DNA of 64,000 bases, taken from positions 19,701 through 83,700 of the forward strand of contig ONKE01000050.1 in the NCBI GenBank assembly GCA_900318355.1. Reading direction: 5' to 3'. Source of the stretch: an uncultured Bacteroidales bacterium. GTDB lineage: Bacteria > Bacteroidota > Bacteroidia > Bacteroidales > UBA932. The notes beneath the pieces were generated by a model. The model worked only from the letters and a program-made list of their open reading frames with translations, was not told where the DNA came from and ran no database searches. The stretch's first letter is position 1; every line of letters begins with the position of its first letter. A program made the position numbers and the translations under genes. Of this stretch, positions 63,432-64,000 are shown one piece after another.

Positions 63432-63439
63432 CAAAAATA
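63432..63439 (-). promoter_or_regulatory. putative -7 promoter box (TATTTTTG on the minus strand) for the HAD hydrolase gene
   Basis: Exact TAnnTTTG match. The ATG at 63426 lies 5 nt after the box. Confidence 0.4.
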
Positions 63440-63515
63440 CTTCAATTTCTCCAAACGCGTATCAATTAAATCGATAAATTATCAAAAAAAATATCCGGCC
63501 TTGGTCAGAAATCCA

Positions 63516-63523
63516 TATATTTG
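63516..63523 (+). promoter_or_regulatory. putative -7 promoter box TATATTTG for gdhA
   Basis: Exact TAnnTTTG match 25 nt upstream of the ATG at 63549. Confidence 0.45.
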
Positions 63524-63536
63524 CATACGGACTTAA

Positions 63537-64000
<464 letters not shown>

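Overview
This is a GC-rich (high-50s % by eye, not computed) and very gene-dense chromosomal segment. It looks like a Bacteroidota/Bacteroidales genome. The evidence is TAnnTTTG -7 promoter boxes in front of many operons, many lipoprotein and Sec signal peptides, BACON/DUF4252/DUF4249/DUF5686-type families, and a TonB-dependent receptor. I call 48 protein-coding genes, two of them cut by the window edges. I saw no rRNA, tRNA, CRISPR array, transposase, integrase or phage gene. Most of the window is housekeeping: TrmH-type methyltransferase, GH13, PFK, ligA, Rel/SpoT, ispG, nadE, zapA, rny, DsbD-like, MsbA-like ABC, MscS, TrmO and gdhA. Many ATGA/TGATG start-stop overlaps link adjacent genes. 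The parts that deserve a second look are listed here. (1) A minus-strand operon at 52070-57528 combines a cytoplasmic VTC (polyphosphate-polymerase-type tunnel) domain protein and a DUF4956-like membrane protein with three secreted or outer-membrane partners. (2) A tandemly duplicated two-gene cassette (BACON-type lipoprotein plus secreted M6 metalloprotease, x2) lies at 38688-45269. (3) A roughly 240-nt structured non-coding gap with its own terminator lies between zapA and rny and may be 6S-like. (4) A perfect 25-bp inverted repeat with an 8-mer tandem tail sits in the convergent gap at 21041-21184. (5) A fully signal-peptide-bearing Gfo/Idh/MocA + DUF1080 + TIM-barrel trio resembles 3-keto-glycoside pathways. 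(6) A 984-aa receiver-like/PEP-binding fusion lacks a phosphohistidine motif. All family assignments come from motifs read by eye in the supplied translations. No database search was possible. The many long G/V/A/D/R-rich antisense or out-of-frame ORFs in the track are treated as high-GC shadow ORFs.
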